Assembly (NCBI GenBank): GCA_964016885.1
Contig: OZ024752.1
Location: 30,070,001-30,134,000, forward strand
Reading direction: 5' to 3'
Source: Eledone cirrhosa
Lineage: Eukaryota
Length of the DNA: 64,000 nt
Shown piece after piece: positions 13,378-27,990 of the stretch. The notes beneath the pieces are model-generated. The model saw nothing but the letters and a program-made list of their open reading frames with translations. It made no database searches and was not told where the DNA came from. The stretch's first letter is position 1, and every line of letters begins with the position of its first letter. The translations under genes were made by a program, and so were the position numbers.

Positions 13378-15789
13378 TAATATAGGCTACAATATTGTTA
13401 GGGAAGTGTTCTTGATGGTTATTTTATTGACCTTTGTGGTATGAAAGGCAGCTAACACCTAGGTGTTAGAATATAGAAGGATGAAATTGAATATTACTTG
13501 GCTTTCTATGGATTCTGTCATTTCTAGTGGAATATGAATACAAGTTCTATTGCATAATATTATAACTATTTGATGAAATGATTACCAGCCAGCTTTAGAA
13601 TTACCTGCTGTGAACATTTGAAAATTAAAACTTCCCAATTTATACTAATATCGTTTTACCTGTCAGAAATTATTATTTCATTATTGGCCACGAGGGCCGA
13701 TTATACAATTATTTTGTCAGAAATTATACAATGAAATATGAGAAGTGGATGTAGAAAACCGTCTGTATTGAAAGAATATAAAAGATAATTGGAAATATAT
13801 ATATATTTTTTTTAAACATGAGAAAGGTTTATTTAGAGAAATATTTATATAAAGTAGTAAGAAAACGAAGAATAGAAGAAAAAGAAAAGAAATAAAATGG
13901 AAGAAGAAATTAAACAACGAAAGGAAGAGAAGATGGGGGAGGGGATGACATTCTACACCTCCAGCCTGAGCGGTATCTCTCCATTGTGTCCTGCAGCCAA
14001 AATGGAAATAAATGTGAAGAGGTAAAACTAAACTGAGTCCAGTTTCCCTAATTGGAAATCATAAGAAACAAGAGATTGTTCACAAGAAAAACAAACAAAA
14101 AAAAGAAAGAAAAATGGCAGTAAAAATTGGAGGACATATAATGAAATTAAGTTATGAGATACGGAGATATAATATCGTGAGTTGAGAGGGTTTATATGAT
14201 AAAGAGAAGGTAGAAAATATGTTATAAGTAATCTAAGAGAGTTAGGGGAGGGGGTGACTGGAGAACAAAGACTAAGTAGGAATAATTATGCATACCTATC
14301 CAACACCTATTATCTTTGGAAAAGAATAATTGGAGATCGAGTAGGTTTGATAGGTTATTTCACTTATTCTTATAATAAATATATTAGTCTTTTAAAATAT
14401 TTTTTCTTTAAAATATATTTTGATTTAGGATATTAAAGAATTTTATATATCTTTCTATCTTTTATATACCTTTCTATCCATTCTTAGAGATAATTAATGA
14501 GAAATGTTGATTTCCATACTAGAATAATTGATGAAATTATTTATTTTAAAAAAGACAGTTTGCTATTTTTGTTCCTTAACTTTCTAGCCTATTAACCTTT
14601 CAGGTCATGTGATGAGATTAGATTAGACTTTCATTGAACGTGATTTTGATTGGCCAACATTTGTGAAAATAGATAAATCTTTCTAATTATCTACTTATGT
14701 CCTGGGATTCCGATATTCAGATATCAAATATACACATAACCACTTGAAGTGATAAGACTAACACATCTAACAGCAAGAAATCTATGAAGAATGATAGCTT
14801 TGAAAAAAGGAAAACTAGTAGAAAAAGTAGTAAAACTCCCCAACATACTGTACAGCTAACTCTTTTTTTGGGTCAGTGTATTTCTTCAGTTATACCAACA
14901 CACACATCTAACCTTGCCAGAACTTTCTCTCTCTCTCTTTCTCATGAAATTATATGATTGTTTAGGTGACAGATTTGATGTAAGCTTTCATTTTGCCTCA
15001 TTAAACAAGTATAAACATTTTAATTATCGTTAGAACAAGTTAACTATTGTTTAAAATAAGTGTTATCTTGAATGTGTAACAAAGATACAGAATAAAAGTA
15101 ATTCATAGAGGCAGTTTTCAACATAAGATGGTAACAAAAATCTGTTTTTAATTTAAATCCAATGATCTTAAATAGCTATGTTTATAATTTAATATGTCTA
15201 AAGATTGCAAAATTATACAGATGGTAAACATTTGTGTAAAACACACATATGTAGTATTCTTTCTCCTCTTACATTGATACAAGTTTTAAACTGAGTAATG
15301 GAAGAATGTAGACTGGTAGTCATTTTATCAACCTTGGGAGAATAAAAAGCAAAGTGAATCCTAGCAGGATTTGAACTCAGAATATAAAAACAATATATAT
15401 AAGATAAGGACAGGTTAATAAGATGTTATTTTCAATTATATAAAAATTAAAACAGTTTGAAAAAGTACAGAAAACTAATTCATAAACATAACCTTAGTAG
15501 TTAGCAATTTTAGAGTTGCAGCTACATAAACTCAGAGACGTTGAACTAGTCAGCAGAAAATGGACTTCAAGTGCAGCAGGTAACAGGACCTGGACTTCAG
15601 GGGTAGATCACTCTTTCTTACATTTGTCAATGTTTGTCATCCAATAAATAAGAATTCAACAAATTACAGAGTTTGTTGTTATTTTGTATATAATTTAACT
15701 AAAGCTATATATGTATATATATAGGTTAACTAAAGCTGTGTGTGTCTGTGTATATGCGTGTGTGTGTATATATATATATATATATATTT

Positions 15790-16045
15790 CGTTTCTGAAT
15801 TTGTTTAGCAAGATTCTTTATCTGAAAACATGTGTTGAAAACGATATTGTTATACTTTGGGAGGGTCATGTTGCCAATAAGAAACACACGCACCAGTTGT
15901 TTCACTTCAATTTATTATAATAAATTTATAAATTTAGGAATTTATAAATTTCCGGTTGGTTGGTTGGTTCCACAACCAGATGGTTGTTTATATATTGTCA
16001 AAGTTCTTTCGTTACACATTCTGTGACCTCTTCAGTGACTGGGGA
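15790..16045 (-). mobile_element. Penelope-like pLTR fragment with hammerhead
   Basis: Shares TTGTTATACTT.GGGAGGGTCAT and the HHR motif with the 38110-38390 and 61540-61777 regions. Confidence 0.6.
15997..16039 (-). ncRNA. Minimal type I hammerhead ribozyme
   Basis: GTCA-CTGAAGA-G-GTCACA gaatg TGTAAC-GAAA-GAAC-TT-TGAC; stem I is GTCA/TGAC. Confidence 0.65.
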
Positions 16046-16403
16046 TTCTTTTCTTTGTTTTTGTGCCTCTCCTTTGTTCTGTCCTATCCTACACCATCTT
16101 GTTTTTGTGTGACACAAAGTATAACAATATATATATATAGTTTAACAAAAATTATATATATAGTTTAAATAAAGCTATACCTGAATAAAGAAGGTGTGGT
16201 AAGATACCAGGTGGACCATAACACACCAGAGTACTCAATACTTAGGGTAGTAGAGTGGGTGATAGGAAAAGAGTCAGGACCCCGACGGCTGAGCTCCAGC
16301 TGTTTCGACGGCTAGATCCGAAGATATAGATTTAGAGTTTCACTAAAGATGTACCTGAAAATATATACATATATATATATATATATGTGTATATATATAT
16401 AGT

Positions 16404-16720
16404 GAAGGCGCATGTCCTTATGGTTAGGGTATTCAGCTTACAATCATAAGGTTGTGAGTTTGATTCCTGGTGGTGCATTGTGTCCTTGAACAAGATACTT
16501 TATTTTCACGTTGCTCCAGTTTACTCAGCTGGTAAAAATGAGTTGTACCTGTTGTTTGAGTAGCCAGCCTTCTCACATTATGTGTCATGATGAATCTCCC
16601 TGAGAACTATGTTAAGGGTATGCATGTCTGTGGAATGCTCAGCCACTTGCATGTTAATTTCATGAGCAGGCTGTTCCATTGATCAGGTGAACTGGAACAC
16701 TCATAGTCATAACAGACAGA
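16404..16720 (+). mobile_element. CORE-type SINE, older subfamily with a different 3' tail
   Basis: tRNA-like head plus CCTTGAACAAGATACTT...CTCCAGTTTACTCAGCTG. Confidence 0.7.
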
Positions 16721-16904
16721 GTATTTCAGTCAGTTATATACATATATATATATATAGTTTAACTAAAGCTATACATGCATATATGTATAGTTTTATTAAA
16801 GCTATATATATATGCATATATATATATGTATAGTTTAACTAAAGCTATACATGTATATATGTATAGTTTAATTAAAGCTATATACGCATATATATATATA
16901 TATC

Positions 16905-17263
16905 TAAGGCGGGTAAAATTCCTGAGATCCATGGACGAGTTTTCTCCAGCGGTCTCTGTCCCTCATTATAGCTGCCATGTCCTGTGTCCCCAACAGACCA
17001 GTGTCTGTCCTTAGGGCATCAACATACGTTAACCTTGGTCTTCCTCTTCTAGTGTGTCCATGTAGGGGCTCCTACAGGAGCACTGAGTGCAATGTCAACT
17101 CTGGATGTCGGTCAGCATGTCCAGCTAACCTCAGTCTCCTCTGTGTCACTTTTGAGCTGACTTTTGGGAGGCTCCCATACAGCTCTGAGTTTTTCATCCT
17201 CAGTGTATACTGAGTCATCCTCAGAGCCATCCTCAGCATTCTCGTGTAGCACCCATCCACCAT
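16905..17263 (-). mobile_element. RTE-like LINE 3' fragment; 3' end also at 62758-62856
   Basis: Translation DGCYTRMLRMAL...LYGSLPKVSSKVTQRRLRLAGH..RHPE. Confidence 0.7.
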
Positions 17264-18243
17264 TTAGTTTAACTCAAGCTATATATGCATATATATATAT
17301 AGTTTAACTAAAGCTACAAAGGAAAGTATGAGATAGGGAATACTGAGGATCTGGAATTGATGTAAAGTTGTTATCCCAATTGTAGGAAATAGTTTGTCAA
17401 AGATATTGGATATAGAGTGGGGGTGGGGAGAGATTTGTTGATTCTACAGAAAGCTTGTTTGATTTGCTGATTCTACAGAAAGCTGGTTTGATTTGCTGAT
17501 TCTACAGAAAGCTGGTTTGCTTGTCACAAGCAAGCAAGAACCATAAGAAATGTGCCAGATAGCTAAAGCTGTGAGATGCAGCTTGCTATCTAGCAAACCA
17601 ATACTGCCAGAATAACAATGAAATACTGAGTGAATAAAGAAATGATGATGATGATGGTATTATTATTGTTGTTGTTAATAATAAGGATATTATTATTATT
17701 ATTATTATTATTAATAATAATAATAATAATAATAATGAAAATAATAACAATAATGATAATCAATAGAAACTGAAAGTAACAGATTCTTATCAACGATCTT
17801 TATATGCAAAATTTTATTGATTCAAAATTTCATATTCTGTTGTATATATTTGCAAACAGATAGAAAGAAAAGAAAAAAAGGAGGGGGTGAGGGAGAAAAA
17901 AAAAATAAAGACAGAAAGAGGAATAACGAAGGAGGGGTGGAAACTACACTCTTGGCTAGGTGGTACATCTCAGCTGTGTCCCACAAACAAGATGGCGGAA
18001 ATATTCTTGTGGAGAAGAAGCAATGTTAGACCTGCTAGATTACATATTCTACCAGATGGGGTTCCTTCCTAAGGAAACATGTCCTTCCAGTGCTGGACAT
18101 ACGTATAAGCTAGATAAGCCATAGCTGAGGGCCACACACCTTCAGGAGCATAATTTAAAAAAATATATTTTGATTTTATCATTAGTTTATATTCTTTAAC
18201 ACTAAATCATAAAAAAATTATATAAATCTAATTTCCCATTCTT

Positions 18244-18279
18244 TCTTCTGATGAAGGACTATCGTCTGAAACATTAAGA
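18244..18279 (+). ncRNA. Minimal hammerhead ribozyme (slightly decayed)
   Basis: TCTT-CTGATGA-A-GGAC tatc GTCT-GAAA-CA-TT-AAGA; paralogue at 27765. Confidence 0.55.
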
Positions 18280-18549
18280 CCCTCTTCCTGCTATTTCAAG
18301 CATTAACGTAATATATTCTTTCCATATACTGTAGAGATTGTGTTGTTATTTCTGTTTACTTTTCACACACACATACATATATATCATCATCATCATCGTT
18401 TAATGCTCATTTTCCACACTAGCATGGGTTATTAGTCTTTATCATTAACATTAATATAAAAAATAATAATCATGTATCATTACTTTAATGTTCTTTAACC
18501 CAAATCTTTTTGGAGAAAGGACTCAAATTTCATATTTCTTAGGGCCTCA

Positions 18550-18775
18550 GTAGGTGAGAGTCTGGCACTCTCTACTTCTCCCAATTTTGTAGAGGAAAAT
18601 GGCAGACTGGGCAGTGAGGGCACAGGAAGTCTTGATGGCAACTGGCAAAGGAAGGAAATGGTCAGTCAAAGCCCAATGTTTGGTCATTTTCTGTTCCTCT
18701 GGGTTACAGCTGTCAGTGCTTGGGTTTTGTGGCCAAAACAATGAGATTGGCACCCAGAACATGTTACATGTAGTA
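18550..18775 (-). mobile_element. CRE-like RLE fragment adjoining the 117-bp array
   Basis: Translation EEQKMTKHWALTDHFLPLPVAIKTSCALTAQSAIFLYKIGR is homologous to the 11340-11450 region. Confidence 0.6.
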
Positions 18776-19810
18776 TCCTAGATGAGTGACATATGCCTGC
18801 CCATTAAACAGGAAACAGGTCATCACCTGTGAGCACCTACCATCACCATGATTGAGGCTGACAGGCTCCAATTATAACATGCGGCATCCTAGATAAGTGA
18901 ATAACCCTACCCCTCAAATGGGAAAAGGGTCATTTCATCTGGACACCTACCATCACCATGGTTGAGTCTGCCAGGCTCCAGTTGTAACATGTGGCATCCT
19001 AGATTAGTGATATATGTCTGCCCATCAAACAAGAACAGGGTCATTCCATCTGGTCACCTATTATTACCATCACAATGGTTGAGGCTGACAGGCTCCAATT
19101 GTAACATGTGGCATCCTAGATTAGTGACATATGTCTGCCCATCAAACAAGAACAGGGTCATTCCATCTGGTCACCTATTATTACCATCACAATGGTTGAG
19201 TTTGACAGGCTCCAATTGTAACATGTGGCATCCTAGATGAGTGACATATGTCTGCCCATCAAACAAGAACAGGGTCATTCCATCTGGTCACCTATTATTA
19301 CCATCACAATGGTTGAGGCTGACAGGCTCCAATTGTAACATGTGGCATCCTAGATTAGTGACATATGTCTGCCCATCAAACAAGAACAGGGTCATTCCAT
19401 CTGGTCACCTATTATTACCATCACAATGGTTGAGTTTGACAGGCTCCAATTGTAACATGTGGCATCCTAGATGAGTGACATATGTCTGCCCATCAAACAA
19501 GAACAGGGTCATTCCATCTGGTCACCTATTATTACCATCACAATGGTTGAGTTTGACAGGCTCCAATTGTAACATGTGGCATCCTAGATGAGTGACATAT
19601 GTCTGCCCATCAAACAAGAACAGGGTCATTCCATCTGGACACCTATTATTACCATCACAACGGTTGAGGCTGACAGGCTCTCACAGGCTCCAATTGCAAC
19701 ATGTGGCATCCTAGATGAGTAACATATGCCTACCCATCAAATAAGAACAGGGCCATTCCATCTGGACACCTACCATTACCATCATAATGGTTGAGGCTCC
19801 AATTGTAACA
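18765..19810 (-). repeat. 117-bp tandem repeat, about 9 copies, derived from RLE coding sequence
   Basis: Period 117 (19081 to 19198). Minus strand reads LEPVSLNHCDGNNR*PDGMTLFLF and ...GATGCCACATGT (DATC). Confidence 0.85.
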
Positions 19811-20647
19811 AATTACAACAAGAAATATCTATGTTGATTATGGTTGCTGAATGGAATAGATATTTTAGTTACTTAGCCGGATTGAAAAGCAATTCATTTA
19901 TTATTCAGAAATAATTTACAACACCAAAACCAATATCACTTCAATACATAATAATTATTGAACACTGTTTGATTCTGTTCCAGGCAAACGATATGAAATG
20001 GGGAAAATGAATTCACTAATAAGTACAAATGAATCAATAATTAGCAGAGCCACAAATGATTTATCAAAAGAAAGACGTAGAGAAATGTCTAATTTTGTTG
20101 TTGTTGTTCAGCCTTGGTCAACTCTGAGTTAGTAGATTTTTTCAAAAGTATTTCAGTTGTGACCATCTGTTTTTTTTCTTTCAGTTACAGTATATGGTTT
20201 GGTTCTGTAACTACTGATGGAGTGTTTCTAAGGCATTTTAAAACCTAATGGAGCTCATCTCCTCTCCAGGCCTGAATAGAACAGATGTCTTCCAGAGAAG
20301 GATAGAGAGTGATAGAAAAGAAGTAAGAGAAATATATAGAGGAAGAATCAACTCCCAGTTGAAGACTGGTACTTTTTTTATCAACCCTGAAAGGACAAAA
20401 GGCAAAGTTGACCTCAGTATATGTAAGACTGCCTTATCTAAATGTGCCTTCCATTTTTAAGACAGGTGCAATTTGAGGGAGATTTGGTTGCTATTTTTAA
20501 CATTTTGAACAAACAGGTAGAAGCTCCTTTATAGGCTTGCCTCATTTATTTTTTATTATTACAGTGATAAATAGCAAAAAGAGAATATGAGATATAGAGA
20601 TATCTGTGTATATAGACACAATGAGATGAAAGCAAAAAGACAGCTAT

Positions 20648-21240
20648 ACCTCTCTCTCCCTCACATCCTTCCTCTCTCCCTCATTTCCTCTCTCTCTCTC
20701 CCTCACATTCTCCCTCTCTCCTTCACTTCCTCTCTCTCTCTCTCCTTCACCACCTCCTCTCTCCTTCACTTCCACTCACTCTCTCCTTCGCATCCTCTCT
20801 CTCTCCTTCACCCCCTCCCCTCTCCTTCACTCCCTCTTCTCTCTGTCACTTCTTCTCTCTCTCCTTCACCTCCTCCCTCTCTCCATCACACCCTCTCTTA
20901 CATCATCTCTCCCTCCTTCACTCCCTCCTCTCTCCGTCACTTCTCTCTCTCCTTCACCTCCTCCCTCTCTCCATCACACCCTCTCTTACATCATCTCTCT
21001 CTCCTTCACTCCCTCCTCTCTCCGTCACTTCTTCTCTCTTACCTTCACCTCCTCCCTCTCTCCATCACACCCTCTCTTACTTCATCTCTCTCTCCTTCAC
21101 TCTCTCCCCTCTCCTTCACCTCCTCCCTCTCTCCATCACACCCTCTCTTACATCATCTCTCTCTCCTTCACTCCCTCATCTCTCCATCACTTCTTCTCTC
21201 TCTCCTTCACCTCCTCCCTCCCTCTCTCCCACTCTCTTTC
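20648..21240. repeat. CT-rich low-complexity minisatellite
   Basis: CTCTCTCCTTCAC repeats. Confidence 0.9.
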
Positions 21241-21372
21241 AATTTATCAATCAGTTTCAGGCATTCAGTGAAGATCCATAAAACATTAAAAACTAAACAA
21301 AAAAAACCCCAGCCTTTAAATCCCCAAGGGAGATAATTTACCTGTTGTCCATTGTGTACTTAACTGAAATAA

Positions 21373-22645
21373 GGACATACATAGTAATATGGACACACAC
21401 ATACACACACATGGTAATATGGACATATATATACACACACATACACACACAGGGTAATATGGACATATATATACACACACATGGTAAAATGGACATATAT
21501 ATACACACACATACTCACACAGGGTAATATGGACATATACACACACATACACACACAGTAATATGGACATATATATATACACACACATACACACACATGG
21601 TAATATGGACATATACACACACATACACACACGGTAATATGGACATATATATACACACACATACATACATAGTAATATAGACATATATATACACACATAC
21701 ACATACATAGTAATATGGACATATATATACACACACATACACACACACGGTGATATGGACATATATACACACACATACACACACATAGTAATATGGACAT
21801 ATATATATACACACATACACACACATGGTAATATGGACATATATACACACACACATACTCACACATGGTAATATGGACATATATACACACACACACATAC
21901 TCACACACGGTAATATGGACATATATACACAGACACATACTCACGCACGGTAATATGGACATATATATACACACACATACACACACATAGTAATATGGAT
22001 ATATATACACACACATACACACACATGGTAATATGGACATATACACACACATACACACACGGTAATATGGACATATATATACACACACATACATACATAG
22101 TAATATAGACATATATATACACACATACACATACATAGTAATATGGACATATATATACACACACATACACACACACGGTGATATGGACATATATACACAC
22201 ACATACACACACATAGTAATATGGACATATATATATACACACATACACACACATGGTAATATGGACATATATACACACACACATACTCACACACGGTAAT
22301 ATGGACATATATACACACACACATACTCACACACGGTAATATGGACATATATATACACACACATACACACACATAGTAATATGGATATATATACACACAC
22401 ACATACACACACATGCTAATATGAACATATATACACACACATACACACACATAGTAATATGGACATATATACACACACACATACACACACATAGTAATAT
22501 GGACATATATATACACACACATACACACACATAGTAATATGGACATATATACACACACACACATACACACACATAGTAATATGGACATATATACACACAC
22601 ACATACATATACATACACACACACATATAACAGATATATGGACAT
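21373..22645. repeat. Minisatellite, about 30-34 bp unit GTAATATGGACATATATACACACACATACACAC
   Basis: Direct inspection. Confidence 0.95.
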
Positions 22646-22894
22646 ATATGTAAACAAACATACACATGCACATACATACATAACAGTGTTATGGACATAT
22701 ATGTACATATATGTACATATACACATACACAACAGAGAAATATATACATGTAAACAAAAATACATAAACATACATAACGGAAATATGGACATACATATAT
22801 GTAAGCACACACATACATAACATAGTCTTACACATAGATACACAAACATAACAGAAATGTGGACATGCATGTAAACACACATACATAATATATG

Positions 22895-23482
22895 TTTCTT
22901 TATTAGCCACAGGGGCACAAAAGAAGGGGACAAATACAAAGGGGGAAGTTTACATACAATAAAAACGTGTAAAATACTATCACAAATGCAATTTAAAAAT
23001 TAATCGATTTTCCCCAATAGGGAGAGAGACATTACATATGGGTAACACATACCCCCGAAAAAATGTGCAACCCTCATCTCCAGGAGTACGAAGAGTTTGT
23101 ACCCCGTTCCTCTTTTCCTCAACCTACAGGCTGATATAGAGAGAAGGCCCATTCACTCGGGCCATTCTCGCCACTTTCACCCACCTTTCATAAAACTTGC
23201 TGGGGTACAGCACCTCTCTCTCTCCTTCCTGATTCTTCTTCCAAAGTGGTATTTGAAAAAAAGGATCAGTTGTTGGCTGGAGAGAAAGGTGTCTGACCTC
23301 AGCCCTTTTAACCTCGTCCACCATACAACCTCTTTCGCCATAGCTATCACACAGAGGAAAACCACCTCACCTTCGCTTTTGAAGGAGGGTGGCGGTTTGA
23401 TCATGACAATAGACTCGGTGGTCAACCGGATTGGTCCCACCCGCGACAATAGTCATTCTACATAGCCCCACAGGTCGGTAAC
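22895..23482 (-). mobile_element. L1/Tx1-like LINE 3' fragment
   Basis: Translation FLCVIAMAKEVVWWTRLKG...FFKYHFGRRIRKER...FYERWV matches the K..IW..R...F...W pattern of Tx1-like ORF2 ends. Confidence 0.5.
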
Positions 23483-24627
23483 ATACATGTAAAAACACAC
23501 ATAGATAATATAGATGTATAAACATACATGTAAAAACACATATACATAATATAGATGTATAAACATACATGTAAACACATATATATAGTATAATGTATAT
23601 GTATAAACATATATGTATAAACATGGAGGCACATGGCTTAGTGGTTAGAGCATTGGGCTTGCAATCGAAAGGTTGTGAGTTCAATTCTCAGACCGGGTGA
23701 TGTGTTGTTTCCTTGAGCAAGACACTTTATTTCACATTGCTCCAGTTTACTCAGCTGTAGAAATGAGATGATAGGGACTGGGGTCCATATCATTCCACTG
23801 CAAAGTGGTCGTGGAGGGGCCACGGCAAAAAAGTACCCAGCACTCACTGTAAATGAGGTTGGTGTTAGGAAGGGCATCCAGCTGTAGAAATCAGGCCAGA
23901 ATCAGTTCCCGTCCCACCCTTGCAAGCAGGGAAAAAAGCGGACGTAAAATGATGATGATCATGATGATGATACATGTATAAACATACATGTAAACACATA
24001 TACATAGTATAATGTATAAACATACATGTAAACACATATATATAGTATAATGTATAAACATACATGTAAACACATACATAGTATAGATGTATAAACATAC
24101 ATGTAAACACATATACATAGTATAATGTATAAACATACATGTAAACACATATACATAGTATAGATGTATAAACATACATGTAAACACACATAACAATAGT
24201 ATAGATGTATAAACATACATGTAAACACACATACATAGTATAGATGTATAAACATACATGTAAACACACATAACAATAGTATAGATGTATAAACATACAT
24301 GTAAACACACATACATAGTATAGATGTATAAACATACATGTAAACACACATAACAATAGTATAGATGTATAAACATACATGTAAACACACATACATAGTA
24401 TAGATGTATAAACATACATGTAAACACACATATATAGTATAATGTATAAACATACATGTAAACACATATACATAATATAGATGTATAAACATACATGTAA
24501 ACACATATACATAGTATAGATGTATAAACATACATGTAAACACACATACATAATATACATAATATAGATGTATAAACATACATGTAAACACATATACATA
24601 ATATAGATGTATAAACATACATGTAAA

Positions 24628-24658
<31 letters not shown>

Positions 24659-24660
24659 CA
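23482..24660. repeat. Minisatellite (GTATAAACATACATGTAAACACA) interrupted by a SINE
   Basis: The same unit lies on both sides of the 23625 SINE. Confidence 0.9.
23625..23952 (+). mobile_element. CORE-type SINE family 1
   Basis: Near-identical to the 5056 copy; (ATG)n tail. Confidence 0.85.
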
Positions 24661-24730
24661 GTACATATTTTCACAGCTGCCTTTCATCCCGTTGCAAAGC
24701 AAACGCTTCAAGGACAGAAACATCCTCTTT

Positions 24731-25022
24731 ATCATCATCATCATCATCATCATCACTGTCATCATCATCATCATCATCACTGCCATCATCATCATCACTG
24801 TCATCATCATCATCATCACTGTCATCATCATCATCATCATCACTGTCATCATCATCATCATCATCATCATCACTGTCATCATCATCATCATCATCATCAT
24901 CACTGTCATCATCATCATCATCATCATCATCACTGTCATCATCATCATCATCATCATCACTGCCATCATCATCATCATCACTGTCATCATCATCATCATC
25001 ATCACTGCCATCATCATCATCA
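24731..25022. repeat. (CAT)n microsatellite with CACTGT interruptions
   Basis: Direct inspection. Confidence 0.95.
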
Positions 25023-25104
25023 ACATCAAGCACCCTCTTTTCCACACTGTCATGGGTTCTAACCCATGACAGTGATTTACAACTAGATTAGACACTCTCT
25101 CACG

Positions 25105-26625
25105 TGTACACACACACACATCACACATGCAACGCACACACCACATTTACAAACACACACACCACATTTACAAACACACACACCACATTTACAAACACAC
25201 ACACCACATTCACAAACACACACCACACATTCACAAACACACACATCACACATTCACAAACACACACACCACATTCACAAACACACACCACACATTCACA
25301 AACACACACCACACATTCACAAACACACACACCACACATTCACAAACACACACACCACACATTCACAAACACACACCACACATTCACAAACACACACAAC
25401 ACATTCACAAACACACACACAACACATTCATAAACACACACACACACCACACATTCACAAACACACACACCACACATTTACAAACACACACACCACACAT
25501 TCACAAACACACACACCACACATTTACAAACACACACACCACACATTTACAAACACACACCACACATTCACAAACACACACACAACACATTCATAAACAC
25601 ACACACACACCACACATTCACAAACACACACACCACACATTCACAAACACACACACCACACATTCACAAACACACACACCACACATTTACAAACACACAC
25701 CACACATTCACAAACACACACACCACACATTTACAAACACACACCACACATTCACAAACACACACCACACATTAACAAACACACACACCACACATTTACA
25801 AACACACACACACCACACATTTACAAACACACACACCACACATTCACAAACACACACACCACACATTCACAAACACACACCACGCATTCACAAACACACA
25901 CCACACATTCACAAACACACACACACACCACACATTCACAAACACACACACCACACATTCACAAACACACACCACACATTCATAAACACACACACACACC
26001 ACACATTCACAAACACACACCACGCATTCACAAACACACACCGCACATTCATAAACACACACACACCACACATTCACAAACACACACACCACACATTCAC
26101 AAACACACACACAACACATTCATAAACACACACACACACCACACATTCACAAACACCACTCATTCACAAACACACACCACGCATTCACAAACACACACAC
26201 CACACATTCACAAACACACACACCACACATTCACAAACACACACCACGCATTCACAAACACACACACACACACCACACATTCACAAACACAAACACCACA
26301 CATTTACAAACACACACACACACACAACACATTCACAAACACACATACACATTCACAAACACACATCACGCATTCACAAACACACACACACACACCACAC
26401 ATTCACAAACACACACACCACACATTCACAAACACACACACCACACATTTACAAACACACACAAACACCACACATTCACAAACACACACACAACACATTC
26501 ACAAACACACATAGACATTCACAAACACACACAACACATGCAACACATGGATCACACACACACCACACGGACACAAACACACACCACACATGCAAAACAT
26601 ACAACAAACACACACAACACAAACA
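25105..26625. repeat. CA-rich minisatellite (CACCACACATTCACAAACACA)
   Basis: Direct inspection. Confidence 0.95.
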
Positions 26626-26653
26626 TATTTACCATTATCATTATTACTCCCAT

Positions 26654-27241
26654 ATCCCGCCGAGGTTAACTTTGCCTTTCATCCTTACGGGGTCGATAAA
26701 ATAAAGTACCAGTAATGCACTGGGTAATTGCTGGCCTTGTGCCTAAAGTAGAAACAATTATTTAAACACAGGGCGGTGCATTGGCAGTATCGGTAGAGGG
26801 TCTGACGCCATGCTTTGCAGCAAAGAGTTACGGCCCTTGCCATTCTGAGTTCAAATCCCGCCGAGGTTAACTTTGCCTTTCATCCTTACGGGGTCGATAA
26901 AATAAAGTACCAGTAATAATTGCTGGTCTTGTGCCAAAAGTAGAGACAATTATTTAAACACATTTGTATAGATTTACCAGGAGGTTTACAATATATTTCT
27001 TTAGACTTATTAATCTTATATGAGAGGCAGTGAGTTGGCAGAGTCATTAGAATGTCAGATATAATTGTTTCTACTTTTGGCACAAGGCCAGCAATTAACC
27101 AGTGCATTACTGGTACTTTATTTTATCGACCCCGTAAGGATGAAAGGCAAAGTTAACCTCGGCAGGATTTGAACTCAGACCGTAAAGGGATGTAACTATG
27201 CTGGAAAGCATGGCGTCCGACTTTCTAATGATACTGCCAAT
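26654..27241. mobile_element. Three SINE family 2 copies: 26654-26761 (+), 26770-26952 (+), 27062-27241 (-)
   Basis: GCCTTTCATCCTTACGGGGTCGATAAAATAAAGTACCAG and its reverse complement. Confidence 0.8.
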
Positions 27242-27764
27242 AATGCTTTGTGGTATTTGTTCTGGTTCTCCGCTCTCTAAGGTCAAATCCTGCTGAGATC
27301 AACTTTGCCTCTCATTCATTCAAGATTGATAAAAATGTACTGATCTTGTAATGGTGCTGACTTTTCCTCTATATCTCTTTCTTATGCCCTCTCATTCTCC
27401 CTCTCCTTCTTCCTTTCTAGAAGAAATTCGCTGTGTTCGGCTCTAGAGAAGAGTGGGCTCTGCCAGATTGAAAATGCCTAGGACACATCATATGTCACTG
27501 CAGCACCCTCGAGACTCCATCAATAGTTACAGATCCATACATAGTACCAGTCAAGTACTGGGGGGGGGGGGAGTCGATTCTTACTACTCTATATCTCTTT
27601 CTCACATCTCTGTCACTCTCTATCTTTCTCTGGAAGAAATCTGCTGTATAGTTCCAAGAGATGATGAAATGAATAGACCTGCTTTTTCTCCAACAAATTT
27701 GTTTCGTTTCTGCCCCTGGGCACTCTCCTCTATCTTTCCATTTCTTTAATTTCTTCTCATTCTA

Positions 27765-27799
27765 TTTTCTGATGAAGGACTAGTGTCGAAACGTTAAGA
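27765..27799 (+). ncRNA. Minimal hammerhead ribozyme
   Basis: TTTT-CTGATGA-AG-GAC tagt GTC-GAAA-CG-TT-AAGA; palindromic AACGTT stem III. Confidence 0.55.
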
Positions 27800-27953
27800 C
27801 ACTTGTCCTACAATATCATATGTAAAACGGATCTTGTTACCCGGAGATTTACCCATTTGCATTGTCGAGGCTTCCAAACGACTTAAAGATGTTTAACTAA
27901 TATATTTCTTCATTGTACTGTTGTTTGCTTTGTTATTTCTGTTTATGTTTTGC

Positions 27954-27990
<37 letters not shown>

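Noticed and set aside
13606-13660. Minus-strand AG..GT bounded 55-nt exon
   Set aside because: Stop codons in all three frames and no supporting context.
24607-25069. Poly-His/Asp/Met protein
   Set aside because: (CAT)n microsatellite.
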